Part shown: piece after piece, positions 10,033 through 20,931 of the stretch
How the letters are laid out: each line of letters starts with the position of its first letter
How positions within the stretch are numbered: the first letter of the stretch is position 1
Origin: an uncultured Nitrososphaerales archaeon
Lineage (GTDB): Archaea; Thermoproteota; Nitrososphaeria; Nitrososphaerales; Nitrososphaeraceae
Assembly: GCA_963713605.1 (NCBI GenBank)
Contig: CAVQMO010000010.1
Location: 128,001 to 192,000 of the forward strand
Length of the DNA stretch: 64,000 bases
Direction of reading: 5' to 3'
Program-made: the position numbers and the translations under genes
The notes under the pieces: generated by a model
Seen by the model: the letters and a program-made list of their open reading frames with translations, nothing else
Databases searched by the model: none
Told to the model about the DNA's origin: nothing

Positions 10033-11211
10033 CTACCACAATCTAAAGATTCTATGATGAGGATGATCTCTCAGATCAAGAACTATCTGAAGAGCACATA
10101 TAAATGCCAAAATAAGCATCAGAGTGACTGGAAATAACTCCAGATTTAGAATTGCTATAGAAATTATAATAATACCCGAGACAATCCTATATGTTGCCCA
10201 TTTTCTCCTTGTCTTGGGTTTATTATCCGAATCTTCAACTGCTACAAGATGAAGAAGAGCTTGAACGAACAGGCAGCTTGATACCGAACCGCAAATAAGC
10301 CAAAGGTCTGAAGATGGTAAGGACATTTCTTGGTTACTTGAGGCTACTTGTTTTATACCAATTCCAATCGCAGTGATCCCAACTACCAATGGGAAGTGGA
10401 TGTACAGCCAAATATAGTATATACTTCTTTTACCTTTTTCAGTAGCCGCCCTTATAGCAGAGCCACTTATATTATCGAAGTATATCCACCACAGACTGAA
10501 TGGAATACTTAGTCCTAAACCAACCGACAATGATGAATAAATGTTCCATTCATGACCTGCAAGACCCACAACTATTCCTAAAATTGATTCCCCTAGTACA
10601 ATAATAACAAAAAGTCCCATCCGTTCTGGTAAATGAGATACATGAGGTGCAAACTTGATGGCTAATTGTCCAAGCAAAAATGGTGTTACGAAATCAATAG
10701 TCAAGCCCACTCCCCATAAGATGAATCGTAGGGGCGCTGGTACAAATGCTGATACTGTCCAGATTGCGGCCGATATTGCAAAACCAATCGAGTACCTTTT
10801 TGTCAATGGCCTAGTAGAAGGAATGCGATTCCCAACGCGGATATACTCAATAACTAGAAGGAATCTAATTGCAGCATAAGAGAGAGCAAAACCAGCTGAA
10901 GTTTCACCAAGTCCATGAGTAACATTTACTGCCATAGCAGCTGCCCCCATCATCTGAAGCAAAGTCAGTACTCTATGCGCTAGGTCGTCAGAGCCAAATC
11001 TCGTAGCAAAAAAAGCAGCCCCAACCCATGCAAACCATACAGGAATGAAAAGAGCGATAAAGCTTAGTAAACCTGCCAAAGAAATATCGTGACTTAGGTT
11101 TTCTGATAATTGGGAGACTACTGCTACAAAGACTAAATCATAGAATAGCTCAAGCCAAGTAGCATGGCGTTCCTTTCCTTCTTTCCTTTCTTCTCTATTA
11201 GATTTATTCAT
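10033..11211 (-). CDS. ltrA: Low temperature requirement protein A family membrane protein
   Basis: ATWLELFYDLVFV and HLPERMGLFVIIVLGE, WWIYF motifs. Confidence 0.92.
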   Translation of the reverse strand: MNKSNREERKEGKERHATWLELFYDLVFVAVVSQLSENLSHDISLAGLLSFIALFIPVWFAWVGAAFFATRFGSDDLAHRVLTLLQMMGAAAMAVNVTHGLGETSAGFALSYAAIRFLLVIEYIRVGNRIPSTRPLTKRYSIGFAISAAIWTVSAFVPAPLRFILWGVGLTIDFVTPFLLGQLAIKFAPHVSHLPERMGLFVIIVLGESILGIVVGLAGHEWNIYSSLSVGLGLSIPFSLWWIYFDNISGSAIRAATEKGKRSIYYIWLYIHFPLVVGITAIGIGIKQVASSNQEMSLPSSDLWLICGSVSSCLFVQALLHLVAVEDSDNKPKTRRKWATYRIVSGIIIISIAILNLELFPVTLMLILAFICALQIVLDLRDHPHHRIFRLW

Positions 11212-11305
11212 TTAGTGAATATTTAAAATCTATTTTTGAAAGATCCGAACCATAATTGCTTCTGGAACAGAAAGAAAATGCGATTTATGCAATGTGAATA
11301 TTGGA

Positions 11306-11662
11306 TTACGACAAAGGCACTTCAACTATTGTATCAAACTTTGAGTAGTATTTTTTGACATCGTTTGGTCCATACTTGAACCTAAAAGTATCTACAATTT
11401 GTTTAACTTTATTCGAATCAGTAATTGGTCTTGCATTGGCAGATATTTTCGTATTATCTACGGAAATCTTTATAGCAGGGTTTTTGAGTACGTTCTTGTA
11501 CCAGTTCGTTTCAGATCCATTCAGTGGCATTAGATACAACATATTGGATTTATATACAAACCATACTGGCCTTTCGATGCTCGCCCCTGAGCTTCTACCG
11601 ATGACAGAAAGTTCAATCTCACTGGACCTGTCTAAGGCTTCCTTAAATGCAGATGTTGACAT
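11306..11662 (-). CDS. Deazaflavin (F420)-dependent nitroreductase-family / DUF2255-like protein
   Basis: GRSSG...PVWFV...NWYKNVLKNP...KY pattern. Confidence 0.75.
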   Translation of the reverse strand: MSTSAFKEALDRSSEIELSVIGRSSGASIERPVWFVYKSNMLYLMPLNGSETNWYKNVLKNPAIKISVDNTKISANARPITDSNKVKQIVDTFRFKYGPNDVKKYYSKFDTIVEVPLS

Positions 11663-12146
11663 TGAATTATTATGTGATTTATGCTACTTATTTTTTTGCC
11701 ACGAATCAGGAGTAATGTCTTGTTTGGTAGGTGTTAAATAGCGTCATAAGGTTGAAGTCCATATTGTTCAAATTGTCCCGGGACGAGAATCTGATAACTT
11801 ATTCCTGAACCTAATATACAACTTGCATGTAACCGATCCGAGCATTGTGAAGAATGGAAGTAAAGCAAGTATAAGCTACACATGTGAAAATATGTATTCA
11901 TTCCTGACCTATTTCCTCCTAAATAACTTTCAACTTCTTGAACTCTCTTTCTTTGCGATGGAGTATTATACATAGAACCCTAGAGAGAGCAAGTTATTAA
12001 TCAAAACAGATATCTGCATTTGTGGGCTGCATCGATGTCTAGAGTATGAAACATGTTACCAAATTTTCTCCCGGTACTTGAGATTTTCTATCACATGAAT
12101 AGGGAATTAGGCCGCTATCACAAACAAACTGAAAATGGTCAATCCC

Positions 12147-13500
12147 TCATTTATTTGGAATTCTCATTTCTTTAGTGCGTCCGTTCTGGTTCCTTGCATT
12201 TCTGATTAAAAGAATTGCAAATGCAATTGATGATACTGCGATCAAGGGGAGCAGTCAAAAAGGTTAGATCATATGATTCTGGAGATGGGAATGAGGCCGA
12301 AATATTATTTGATTCAGATTCTATAACTACCTGGTTTGCTTGCATAAACGTTCCAGCGATTACCGGTCCCACAGAGGACCCTATAAGATATATTAGTAGA
12401 TTCATCCCCAATGACACTCCACTGAATTGCTTTGGGGTTGACGTCAGCACGACATTCACTGAACCGATCTGCATCAAGGCTAATCCAATAGCCACCAAGA
12501 TAAGCACAGTCAGCTATTGAGGCTTCTGTGGAATGAAACATAAAAAGGATGAAAAAACCTACTGAAGTAATAATGGTTCCTATTGTAGTAGGTTTAAGAT
12601 TTCCAAATTTAGATACTATAAAACCAGATGCTACAGAGAATATCAATGACACTATCATATATGGCAGTTGAACTTGTGCAATACTTGATGCATCTCCTCC
12701 AAACCCTGCTGGCGGTGGACTTCGTATTAAAATAGGTAGGGTCACGCAGTGAGCCCCACAATCATATTAATTATGTTTGCAGAAAGTATGCTCTTATTTT
12801 TAAGTAGCTTGAAATCAATCAATGGAAAAGGTGTTTTCTTTTCTGTTTTTACAAACAGAATTAGAGAGATAACCGATACGCTTGAAAATACGATAATTTG
12901 TATTAAATTGTTTGATGAGGCATGATTTTCAAAAAGTTGAAGCGTGACAAGAAACAGGACTATTGTAACCGATAACGTTAGTGCTCCTTTTATGTCTAGA
13001 CTCTTGCTTGGTATTGTGTCTTCGTTATTAATAACTGCAACAGTATATGCGTTAGTATTCTCTGATAGTAGTATATCTTTTCGGACATGGGTAAATGTAC
13101 AACAAAATTCGGAGCCCTTATTTGAAACCAACTGTTGTCGTTCTATTTCCTTTACGTGTACAAATTTTGAGATTACTGCAAAGAGTATTGCAGCAACTGG
13201 CAGCATGAATAAGAATATTGCACGCCATCCGTAGCTCTCAACGATTCCTCCACCTATTATCAGGCCTATCACAGCACCACCAGATAAGGTGGAGCTAAAT
13301 ATGCCCTGACCTATTGCCAGCTTCTCCGGGGGAAATTTATCTCTTATGATGCTAAAAGTTATAGGAAATATCGATATGCCAATTCCGAACATCACCCTGG
13401 CAGCAACAAGGGTAAGAAAATTGGTTGATAGAGCTCCTACCAAAAGGCCTAATATAAAAATCCCCAAAATGATCAGCAGTATCTTCTTTTTACCAAGCAA
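12147..13500 (-). pseudogene. MFS drug:H+ antiporter-like transporter, 5'-truncated and frameshifted
   Basis: Starts abruptly at GKKKILL (middle of motif A). ARVMFGIG, YGWR, PLIDFKLL are present. Split over three ORFs, with breaks near 12742, 12510 and 12246. Confidence 0.8.
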
Positions 13501-13813
13501 TTAATTATTAATATTGTCGTGAATTATACTATACTACAAAGTACTTATGAGGCAGCCGCAACAAGTGCCAACTGAAATAGACATGCATTGGAACGCCAAT
13601 TTACTTATCCATAATTCTAACCATTATATAGGAACATCTATGTTTGATCACTGATTGTGGTATCGGATCAGCCAAATCTATGGATATGGATTTATGGATA
13701 TAAAAATCGGATGTCTATTTGCTTCAACTTACTAAGTAATTCACATAGGACTAACTTTGCAGTTGGTTACTACTATATTTAATTACTTTGGGATATAGTA
13801 TATAAAATGAAAT

Positions 13814-14278
13814 ATGACTTTGGGAAAAGAGGTTGATGTTGGGAATAGAGAACGGCAAGATGGGCGACAATTTCTTGAAGTTGGAAAGGTAGACGAAGTA
13901 CCCACTGGAAAGATGAAGCATGTTGAAGTACTAGGTAAGGAGATTGTAATTTTGAATATAGATGGTAAATTCTATGCTATGGATGATAGATGTGCGCATA
14001 TGAATGCACGACTTTCAATGGGTAATGTTTCCAATGATGGCATTGTAACATGTCCTTTTCATGGAGCAAGATTCGATGCTACTACAGGAAAAAAGGTAAA
14101 GGAGCCCGTTCTATCGCCTTCACAACAGATGGAACAGCTGCCAAAAACATGGCAAAATTATCTGGAACACGCAGGCCAATTAATGTCTTATATCAAGACA
14201 TATGATCAACAAATATATGAGATCCGGTTAGAAGGCGACAGGATAAGAATCAGGAAGAACGGCATTGTCACAAGTTGA
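13814..14278 (+). CDS. Rieske [2Fe-2S] protein with C-terminal insertion
   Basis: CAHM...CPFHG. Confidence 0.9.
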   Translation: MTLGKEVDVGNRERQDGRQFLEVGKVDEVPTGKMKHVEVLGKEIVILNIDGKFYAMDDRCAHMNARLSMGNVSNDGIVTCPFHGARFDATTGKKVKEPVLSPSQQMEQLPKTWQNYLEHAGQLMSYIKTYDQQIYEIRLEGDRIRIRKNGIVTS

Positions 14279-14675
14279 AACCAATAAGGCAATTATTCAA
14301 CGATATTTTGAAGCCTACAATACCAAAAATGAAACTATATTTGATGAAATAATAGCCCCAGATTATATCGACCATGGCCAAACCGCTTTTATGGGCTCTC
14401 CTGGAAGAGGAGTTACTGGAGCAAAGAATGACCTTAAGAATTCTTTAGATAAATTTGATGACCTGAATCATGTGGTAGAGGCAATGATTGCATCACCAGC
14501 TTATCCGGATCTTGTCGGTGCATACTGGAAAGGATCATTGAGACCAAAATCGACCTCTGACACTCCTCAAAGTAATGAAATAATTAGCGTAAGAGGTGTA
14601 AGTATATACCGCATTCAGAATGGAAAAATGGTTGAAACCTGGAATGTAGTTGATTTTCCAGTAAAGCAAACTTAG
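14265..14675 (+). CDS. SnoaL-like/ester cyclase (NTF2 fold)
   Basis: NKAIIQRYFEA, YIDH, GVSIYRIQNGKMVETW. Confidence 0.85.
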   Translation: MSQVETNKAIIQRYFEAYNTKNETIFDEIIAPDYIDHGQTAFMGSPGRGVTGAKNDLKNSLDKFDDLNHVVEAMIASPAYPDLVGAYWKGSLRPKSTSDTPQSNEIISVRGVSIYRIQNGKMVETWNVVDFPVKQT

Positions 14676-14863
14676 CTTCATTACATTCCTACAAATAGCT
14701 ATAGGGCCAGCAATTTTTTCCTTGACTATGAGACGAATTCCTTGGTTCCAGTCTCCATATTTGTATAAACTCCAAGCTTCTCGTCTAATCTCATCCATCC
14801 TTATAGCAAGCTCCCTCTTGCTATAATGGCATTTCATAGAGGATGCGAGCTATGAGTTGCCGT

Positions 14864-15422
14864 GGAGCACAGATAGCATATTCGTATGCTGCAGCCTCAC
14901 CCAAACAATGTAAGTAAATTAGTGCTCATGGATTTCCCGTTCCCTGGCTTTCTACCTCCAGAGTTTGGTCCGAATGGACCTTGGTGGTTTGGCTTTTATC
15001 AAACCCCCGATGTACCAGAGTATCTTATAGAAGGTAAAGAGAAAGAATATTTATCATGGTTTATTAGAGGATTAGAATACAATCCATTTGCGATTACTGA
15101 TGCAGACATAGACGTATTTGTGCGCCATGCCAAGACACCTGGTGGACTGAGATCGCAATTTGAACACTTTAGAGCTTTCCCCACTGATGCAAAATAGAAC
15201 AAAGAAGCAGCCAAGAACAAGGTATCAATGCCTGTACTAGTGTTGGGTGGCGATATATATCCAGCCTTGGGTGGTGATTATCCAGGTAATTTTGCGTTAT
15301 CTTCGACACAACATTTGGCTACAAATGTAACGGGTATCACAGTCCCACTTTCAGGACACTGGATTCCAGAGGAACAACCGAAATTTGTCATTGAACAACT
15401 TGCAAAGTTCTTTAACGAGTAA
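14864..15422 (+). pseudogene. C-terminal remnant of epoxide-hydrolase-like alpha/beta hydrolase
   Basis: GAQIAYSYAAAHPNNVSKLVLMD...MPVLVLGG...SGHWIPEEQP. N-terminus absent, frameshift at 14895, in-frame TAG at 15195-15197. Confidence 0.8.
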
Positions 15423-15610
15423 TTTTTTTGTCTAGCAACAAGGCATTTAGGCGTAAATAATGTCTAGTTTCGAATTTATGGGATCGAACTTATTAAAGAT
15501 GTTGAACACGGTTTAATGCTCTAGTCCAGTTCTCTCAACACGGAGATTAAAGAATAAATAGTTTAGAGTTGGATATATGGACTGAACTTGACCAGTAATG
15601 GCGACTAATA

Positions 15611-17230
15611 TTGAAGGACGGCCCTAAGGTGTTAAGGCCAATACGGTCTAAAATAGGCTTAAAAATAGGATTTCTAGTGGTAATTCAAATTGCCTTTGTT
15701 ATCTGTAGCTTTGCTATACTTTCCTATTATGAATCACAAGGTACACATTTTAGGAAACTCGATAAATATTGCGGGGAAAAATCGATTTCTAACTTCTAAC
15801 CTTCTATTACAGATTTCAGAATATTTTTCCCAAGAAGGTAATAACAGTGACCAATCTAAAATACAATCCGCAATGAACCAACTTGAATCTAACATCTTGG
15901 CATTAAAACAAGGAGGAATGATATCAGATATTGATTTAAGATCCTTGCCACCAATGTTCGTGGAAGACTGGAATACAATCTACCAGGAATGGGTTTCTCT
16001 AAAAGAGATCTTGACAAATAATGTAATGCAAACTACTGAAAGTAACAATTTGGCTGCTGCCAACAACATTGACATATAATCAAGCTCTAAAAACAACAAT
16101 TGAAACCGGTTCATCATCGTTACTGAATTCTTCTAATGCGTTAGTTACAGGACTAGGAGAATACGCAAGACTCAGTTCACAGAATTCAATGATTCTACAG
16201 GGGTTATTTGCGGTTCTAAACATTGCAGTTGCCACTGTAGTACTCTATCTTGTTTTGAGAATCCTAAGACCAATATTTGATTTAACCTCTGCTACATCTG
16301 AGGTAAGTAAAGGAAATTTAGAAGTATCAGTTAAAAACAAAGGAAATGATGAGCTTTCAATTCTAAGTAACTCATTTAATTCAATGGTAAAATCTCTAAA
16401 GAGCTATATGAAGAAACAGAATGAATTAACAAAGCAATTAGAAGATGCAAATGAGCAATTAAAATATAAAGACAAGTTAAAAGATGAATTCATAAACGTA
16501 GCAGCACATGAGCTTCGAACACCTATGCAGCCAATCCTTGGGCTTGCAGAATTTCTGCACTTCTCAAAGGTGGGACCTAATGAGGGCAGTGGCAGCAGCT
16601 CTCCAATGACCGTACGGCAGGAAGAATTGGTACTGGATATTATTCTTAGAAATTCTAAAAGATTAATGCAACTTACTGAAGATATATTAGATGTTACGAA
16701 AATTGAGAGCGGATCTTTTCATTTAAAGAAAGAAAAATTTGACTTCAACACGATGATCTTGGAACTCTTGGATGAGTATCGTCAAACAATTAATGATAAT
16801 AACGACAACGTATCTCTATACAATGAGGATAACAGAAGTGGACCAATAATTATAGAAGGGGACAGAAATAAGCTTTGCCAAGCAGTTAATAACCTGCTAA
16901 ATAATGCAATCAAGTTTACAACCAAGGGAAGCATAAGAGTTTTTATTGATAGATATGTTAACAGCAGACAAGATTATTGTTAAAATAAAGGATACAGGAA
17001 TTGGAATACATCCAGATATATTGCCAAAGCTTTTTACAAAATTCGCAACAAAATCTGATACAGGAGGGACTGGGTTAGGTCTATTTATCTCTAAAAGTAT
17101 AATTGAAAAACATGGCGGCAGGATATGGGCTGAAAACAATAATTTCAACGGAGAAACGGGAGCTACTTTCGCATTTAGTTTGCCAATCAACATGGATTAT
17201 TCAATCGGGACAAAAAAGATACAAGGTTAA
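15611..17230 (+). CDS. Membrane sensor histidine kinase: PilJ/NarX-like sensor + HAMP + HisKA + HATPase; three frameshifts (near 15750, 16060, 16975)
   Basis: SINIAGKNRFL, second TM, HAMP (NDELSILSNSFNSM), AAHELRTP, NLLNNAIKFT, DTGIG, GTGLGL across four overlapping ORFs. Confidence 0.88.
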
Positions 17231-17248
17231 TTCTTATTAGATGTAAAA

Positions 17249-17728
17249 ATGAATAACAAGCTGAAACAAAACCTTTGGACATCCATACATTTTAAGATAT
17301 TCATCTCGTTACTAACATTAGGCTTTATCACTACAATGGTCTTAAGTTCATCCTATCAAATTAAAACTACGGAAGCAGAAAATACAGTAGAAGTTATAAA
17401 TTTTGACTTCCCCCTCAACAATACTTTCTTTATTAAACATACTAGCAATTCTTCAGGAATCTATGTCACGAATCATGATGGGACTGTCTATCAAAAAGGG
17501 ATAATGGAATTAAAAGCGGAAGAAGGAAATGATACTGCAAAAGCAGAATATGAATCCATTGGGTATCAAGCAGGTGAAGACACAGTATTAGACAGTGGCG
17601 TAATATTCTTCAACTCATCTACTCCTCCTGACGGTAAACTCTCATTTCTAAATAACACAATGGCTATCTATAAGGATATGATACAAAAAGGTCAAAATAT
17701 TACTACAATTGCATGGGCGTGGAAGTAA
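17249..17728 (+). CDS. Secreted hypothetical protein (C-terminal W-x-W-K family)
   Basis: N-terminal hydrophobic segment; resembles the fragment at 58529-58800 (GKLSFLNN/GQLAFLDD, AWAWK/EWEWK). Confidence 0.7.
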   Translation: MNNKLKQNLWTSIHFKIFISLLTLGFITTMVLSSSYQIKTTEAENTVEVINFDFPLNNTFFIKHTSNSSGIYVTNHDGTVYQKGIMELKAEEGNDTAKAEYESIGYQAGEDTVLDSGVIFFNSSTPPDGKLSFLNNTMAIYKDMIQKGQNITTIAWAWK

Positions 17729-17784
17729 AATCAAAAGAACATCGTTTAGTAGATAGCGATCTTGGCCCCAAATTGGATTGTTCA

Positions 17785-17970
17785 ACCGATACTGTTGGTG
17801 TATTAATGGTTCCTACGCAAGACATTCAGATGCATACTACTGATCTTGAGGGTAGAGGTTTCAATATAGACAGTACGCATAATTTCAAGGATCTTAGAGG
17901 AGGTCAGAGTGGAACGGGTGATGAACAAACATTGATTGTATGGACAACTAGTGGCATTGATTTGTCTACC
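17785..17970 (+). pseudogene. Fragment resembling the C-terminal domain of the 49777-50603 protein
   Basis: TVGVLMVPT...GFNIDSTHNF...EQTLIVWTT versus IVGGFYTPT...GFDILSEYNF...EHTLLIYST. Confidence 0.4.
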
Positions 17971-18744
17971 ATACCATCAAATCTACAGGAATTCTCTTCG
18001 GACTTCCGTATAGCTAGTAGTTTTTCTAGCTTTTGGCTACACACTCAGATTACGGTCCATTACCTTTAACTTTTTTATAGTTTATCGCAAATTATACGGC
18101 AACGAATATACAGAACGAGAGTTCCAGAAGGTATGCGACCAATACTTCTGTCGTGACTAAATCTTCAAGGTTGTCTTACCATTGTTTAAGGATTGATAGA
18201 TAACCTTGTTCCGGAATATCTTAAGCGTTGCGAGGGAACATGACATATAATACATTTACATGAGAATGTCAGTTGTCAACTTTTACAAGATTAAGTAGAA
18301 ATATACTAAACAGGCAGAGTTAAGTAAAAATATAATTGAAGTAGTCCAAGATAGGGATTTGGAAACCTATTCCCGGACCTGCACATATGTTAACCTATAG
18401 GTTATCCTTCCCTATCTTTCACTTTGAAATGCATGTTAGGTATCATATGATTATGAGAAGGGCGCCTACGGCTCTCTGCATTGACAACCAACCGTGGGCA
18501 CACCTTCTCTATCTGCTTTTATAGTATGTTGTATAAGCCGCCTAGCATCTCTGGCCTTAACGATTTCAAATATGTATGAATAATAATGAAGATACTTTAT
18601 ACTGCTTTTGCTTCAGGCTGATTGGATCGGACTTCATAAATACCCTCGATGATTCAAAAAAAGCATACCCATAGGACTCAACCGTTCAGCGATTGTAAAG
18701 AATCTTCATAGGGATAAATATGAAGTAAAGTAGATAGCAATAGT

Positions 18745-18880
18745 GGATCGCAGACAGCGACAACCGATACCCCATAGCAAGCGACCTCCAAGGCCCCATC
18801 GCCAGAGGACACCGATGCGTCGCGCAACGGATCTTCTACGCGCCGACCAACTTGGTACCAACACTTACGAAGATGGGCGA
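18745..18880 (-). ncRNA. GC-rich structured RNA candidate (two adjacent hairpins)
   Basis: 82/140 G+C over 18741-18880 in an AT-rich intergenic region. The stems pair mainly through G.U on the minus strand. Confidence 0.5.
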
Positions 18881-19239
18881 AATCACATCTGATTTGAGTG
18901 TATTTGAGAATCTTCCTGAGAAAGTAGAGCTGAGGATCGAGTTAAGCTCAATAATGTCACGAAAGGATAAATATGAAAAGTAAAACATGATAATTGTAAT
19001 CTTAGCAAATGTAGAAAGGAAGTAATTGATTATATTAACCAAAAGTGATATGATAAGAGATAATATATATTAAAACATGTAATGTATAAAATGACTTGTA
19101 TGTTTTTCAGGGGCAGTCATCATGAATGTGATGTTTACTCTTCGTTCTCTCCGAGGTTTCAAAGAAAAATAGCTGAAAAAAATAAGGAGAAATTCCTACG
19201 ATATTCTATTGGATCTATTCAGAGGATGGACAGTTAGGT

Positions 19240-20848
19240 GTGCGGATGATTAAGGCAGACGTCAATGCAAAAGTCAAGGCTTCAGAAGATAGAAGATCTG
19301 ACAGGGGCTCACCTGCAATTGAGCATCTGAAATTCCCATTTAATCTAAAAAAAGATCAAGAGGAGGCTGTAGAAGCGTGGATAAGAAATGATTTTAGGGG
19401 CTCAATTGTATACAGTACCTGGTACTGGTAAGACGGAAATTGCGTTTGAGTGCGCAAGACAGGCGGCGAGAGCAAGAGCGGACATCTTATCAGATATTGC
19501 GATAAATACTAACCTTAAGCATAATGCCAGCGATGATGATTCAGACCAGAATAAAGTAGTTAACAACGACAGCCTTATCTCCAACACCGATAATTTCGGT
19601 TCTACAATCAAAAAAGATTTAGATGAAAGAACATCCAACAAATCTATTTCACAATTTAAGATCCTACTTTTGGTTCCACGGATCGTTCTTATTGAACAGA
19701 ATGTAAAGAGATTACTAAAATATGGTATATCTAAGAAACAGATAGGAGTATATTTCGGAGAAAAAAAAGATGTACGCGAAATAACAGTAAGTACGTATCA
19801 AAGTATCAATAACAATTTAAATATTCTCCGCAATTCTCAAATGATCATATTTGATGAAGTTCATTTGATAGGAGAAAGTGCAAGGTCGTTTAGCCAGATT
19901 TTTGATGTTGTCGTAGAGGATCGTAGTAAGGCAATTTTGGGACTAACTGCTACAATAGATGAAAATGATCCCAATTTCAATACCATACTAAGTATCCTTC
20001 CACCTGTAAGAAAATACCAGGTAAAAGATGCGGTAAGGGATGGCAGATTAGCAAGACCGGTGATACTCCCTATTAAAGTCAGATTAACTGAAGCTGAGAG
20101 AAGGATCTATCATGATTGTTCGTCAAGCATAACCAACATCTCCAACCGGCTTAATCGGTATGATGCCCAATCTATCTCTTTGCTACTACGAAGAGGAGGC
20201 CCTCCAGCATTTATGGCAAAAACTTGGTTTGCAAGTGTGAGAAAGCGGAAAGCTCTTTTGAATTGTGCTGATAATAAGATATTAGCCGCCGCAGATATAA
20301 TATCAAAAAAACATCCGAAACAGCGTATAATGGTATTTAGTGAGACGTTGGAGTCGGTTTATAAGCTCAGGGAAGAACTTCAATCCAAAAGGAGAATAAA
20401 ATCATACGTCATCGAAAGCAAGCTCAAGGCTAATGAAAGGCAAGAAATATTATCAAAGTGGGGAGTTGAATTTTATCCCCTTCTGTCAGTTCACACCTTA
20501 GAAATAGGTTATGATGTCCCTGAGGTAGGATTCGCGATAATTTTGGCAAATACTTCGAACATAAATCAAACCATCCAAAGAATTGGAAGAGTAATTAGAA
20601 AATATGATGGGAAGGAAGCTGCTTTCATTTATGCAATTTATCTTACAGGAACCACGGATCATCAAACTTTAAGAACTGTCAAACGTGCGACGGGTATGGC
20701 TCAAGATAGCTATGATGATGCTGACAACGAGAAAATGAAAGAGATATCATTTTCTAAAAGAGGAAGGAGCAAAACACACCAGCTGGACTTGAAACGAGTT
20801 CAGAAAGAACCCATGACTCTAGATAATTACTTTGGAGAATTGAGGTGA
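19240..20848 (+). CDS. XPB/Rad25-like superfamily 2 helicase; frameshift in Walker A at 19419
   Basis: LKKDQEEAVEAW (Q motif), restored YSTGTGKT, IFDEVH, LGLTAT, QRIGRVIR. Confidence 0.9.
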
Positions 20849-20931
20849 TCGGATGTTCTCGGTTCGGTACAATTAGACAGAAGTTAGTGAAGAAGATATT
20901 AGTAAGTGGCAACATATAGATATTTGTATAA

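Noticed and set aside
11734..11973. 79-aa ORF upstream of the nitroreductase-like gene
   Set aside because: No recognisable family; at best a C-terminal remnant.
1786..15197. Amber (pyrrolysine) recoding suggested by in-frame TAGs at 1786 and 15195
   Set aside because: Both are one transition away from TGG/CAG, the second lies in an already truncated gene, many intact genes here end in TAG, and no pyl genes are seen.
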